Positions 61,801 through 64,000 of a stretch of DNA of 64,000 nt are shown piece after piece. Within the stretch, counting starts at the first letter, position 1; each line of letters opens with the position of its first letter. The stretch covers positions 37,673 to 101,672 of the forward strand of contig NMRA01000740.1 in NCBI GenBank assembly GCA_002633005.1, read 5' to 3'. A program made the position numbers and the translations under genes. Source of the stretch: Phoronis australis (lineage: Eukaryota; Animalia; Phoronida). The notes beneath the pieces are model-generated. The model searched no databases and had not been told where the DNA came from. It saw nothing but the letters and a program-made list of their open reading frames with translations.

Positions 61801-63841
61801 TTGTCGTTCTGTGAGAAAATTGCCAAAACTGAGAAGGAAACTGTGACACGGATCAGAGTGTAAGTCTATTTAGACCAGTCACTGACAGCCTTGTTTGTTC
61901 ATGGTACGGAAAATTCTCTGTCTATCAATTTGTGGTCATAGAATCTAGATTCAAGATTAACTTTCAGACTTCACCAAACATTTATAGTAGTTAGGCCAGT
62001 ATACATCACCCATTCTCATTGATTTGTGGTCAAATTAGCACTTGAATTACGGGATTCCATTCTGGAAGAGATTAGACGGAGTAGAGTTGGAAGCTGAAGA
62101 ATGAGGATAATGGATTTTATTTACGTTGGCGTAGGTAGTTATGGTGTCTGAGTGCGTCACTGGTGATGTTTAGTTCATTTCATGTAACGTCAGTAGAATG
62201 GACTAGAGTAATAACTAGATGTTTGAATCGACTTGTAGGTCAATTCATACAATAATTGTTCCTTTACTCTAAAGTTTGCCTTAGAAACATAGTTGTTGCT
62301 TAAGATGGGTCAGTCAACACACAGTCAAGTGATACAGTACAAGCCAAAGTGTTCACACAAAATGACCCACAATTCCCCATCATGATGGTTGGGCAGAAGC
62401 TGAATTCATCATCAGACTAGACTTACTTCATGACAGAATGAAAGTGAATTAACAGGAAAATTATTATAAGGTGGCTAAGCCATTCTGTAGTTAGAATTTT
62501 GCCACCCAAATTATTATTACCAGTAACTTTTACTGTTTTGTGAATTAGCCGTCATAATGTGGAAACTGTATTTTCTCCAATTATCGTGCTGTAGATGTGG
62601 TGACTATACAGTTCTGTGTCAGTTGCATTATAGAGTTTATTCTACTTTACAGGTTAAGCAACTTGTTTCATGGCCTTGAGGAGAAGTCATCTCTGAAGTA
62701 TTCTGTGTACTGTGTGCTTGTTAAAGTGGCGGGCCAGGCAGACATGATGAATATGGTCCCTTGTGACCTGAACCAGGTACATGACTCCGCAACCGTCACT
62801 GAGCTGCTTGAGAAGGCATGGTGTCTTTATAGAAGGGTAGTCGTACAACACAGCAGTTTGGATTGACTAAAAGCTCAAACTTGTGAGACTCAGGTTGAAG
62901 TCCTGTGTTTGCTGGCAGACTATGAGCATTGTGACTCTTACCTCTCCGTGTTCAGTCTCAACTTGAGTGCATGAGTGCCGGTGAATGTGATGTGGGGGGT
63001 TCTCATGGAGAGGAGAACTCGGCACTGGTTGGGGTACCTTGTTAAACATGTTGATTTAAAAAATGGAGTGGTCATCGGTTGTCCTAGACCAAAATTTGTG
63101 AACTACTGCAATTGAGCTTAAAATTAAAGGCAATCATTTAGGTTGGTGTGATTTTTTCCAAAGTTCGCTTATTTATACTGTTTTGTGCTTTGAACTGCTT
63201 TTCCAACTTAATGTTAAAATTAAATTTATTATTACAATACTGTATTGTGTTTTACAGGTTAAGAGTTGGCTATCGTCATGGGAGGTGAATGCACAAAAAG
63301 CTCAGAATTTATTACGCACTCTGTATGATGCCTTTATCAACTCAAAACAGAGGTAAGATAGTCTACAGTTCAACACTTACAGATCAGCAAGTTTTACAAG
63401 TAATACGGCAAGTATTACACAAGTAATGAGGCAATTATTGCAAGTAATACAACAAGTATTACAAGTAATACGACAAGTATTTTTTTTGCTTGTCAGATGT
63501 GTAAGTTCATGTTGCTATCATTCAGTCTTTGAGACTGTTTCTCCCAATCCCCTTGAAAGAGCTCAAGGAATTGAGCAGGACATTTTTATTGAGGAGGGTA
63601 CAGTTGATGTTCATTTTCTTACAAACTTGGCTACACTTGTGGCGCTACTGCCAGTTTTTGTTTTTGCTTTTGAATTTACAAAGTTTGTCAATGGACCTCT
63701 ATGATTGTTTTACTAGTCACATCAGCACTAGATGATGTGTGCTTGTTTACTTTCTAGTGATAATGCTGGTAAAGTAATGATTGAGCTGCTGGGGACATAC
63801 ACTGAGGAGAACGCCTCTCAGGCTCGCGAAGATGCCCAGAA
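58815..63841 (+). CDS. EIF3M: Eukaryotic translation initiation factor 3 subunit M (first 6 coding exons; gene continues beyond the window)
   Basis: Exons 58815-58856 (MSVPAFIDLTEKDQ), 60883-61024 (ALELRGYLKSLGSEISEENS...), 61730-61859 (ESVLNSLISLLLI...FCEKI), 62653-62776 (LSNLFHG...YSVYCVLVKVA), 63258-63352 (VKSWLSSW...LLRTLYDA), 63758-63841 (KVMIELLGTYTEENASQAREDA). Closely matches the recalled vertebrate eIF3m N-terminus; phases are consistent. Confidence 0.96.
59437..59951. mobile_element. Foldback/MITE with 207-bp terminal inverted repeats in EIF3M intron 1
   Basis: 59437-59643 is a near-perfect reverse complement of 59745-59951. It is flanked by direct repeats ACAGGAAT (59429-59436 and 59952-59959). 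Termini are CACAGG...CCTGTG. Confidence 0.92.
63395..63480. repeat. Short tandem repeat (CAAGTAATACG / CAAGTATTA) in an EIF3M intron
   Basis: About eight degenerate 9-11-bp units; these explain the LQVI repeats in ORF 63426-63704. Confidence 0.75.
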
Positions 63842-64000
63842 GTAAGTGATATCTCCATTATTGTTATCACTGACTAGCCATGTTGAAAGATTTATTTACC
63901 AACTGATGTAATGCCCTGGACGCTCTTTTGTAAACTGTTGGTTCATGCTCGATACCAATGTTATATGACAACTCCACTGGTATCTTTAGATATTTTTATG

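Noticed and set aside
61860-62652. Intronic box C/D snoRNAs in EIF3M, plausible for a TOP-type host gene
   Set aside because: Only partial ATGA/CTGA matches were seen, without terminal stems or recognisable rRNA complementarity. An Infernal or snoscan run would be needed.
1-64000. CRISPR arrays, operons or other prokaryotic systems; most short ORFs in the supplied track
   Set aside because: The DNA is intron-containing animal sequence with no repeat-spacer array. Most listed ORFs are chance frames or antisense shadows of exons.

Overview
This is AT-rich animal (probably marine invertebrate) genomic DNA with spliceosomal GT-AG introns; the organism cannot be identified from the sequence. I reconstructed four spliced genes by hand. 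(1) A minus-strand mosaic extracellular protein (~1.4-31.4 kb; signal peptide, MAM, 3x SRCR, Thr/Ser-rich repeats, CUB, Ser/Thr stalk) that probably continues past the left edge. (2) A small plus-strand secreted prepro-protein with one F5/8 type C (discoidin) domain (34739-38448). (3) A complete 18-exon cytoplasmic cysteinyl-tRNA synthetase, CARS1, on the minus strand (40692-58568). (4) The first six exons of EIF3M on the plus strand (58815 onward), head-to-head with CARS1 across 246 bp. Introns and intergenic DNA hold a decayed Gmr1-like Gypsy element, a solo LTR, a decayed HERO-like LINE, several MITEs with visible target-site duplications, a 207-bp-arm foldback element and a palindromic element carrying a tRNA-like cassette. 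No system can be shown to be new from sequence alone. The best candidates are the KR-processed discoidin precursor, the MAM-SRCR-CUB mosaic gene and the palindrome/tRNA-like element.
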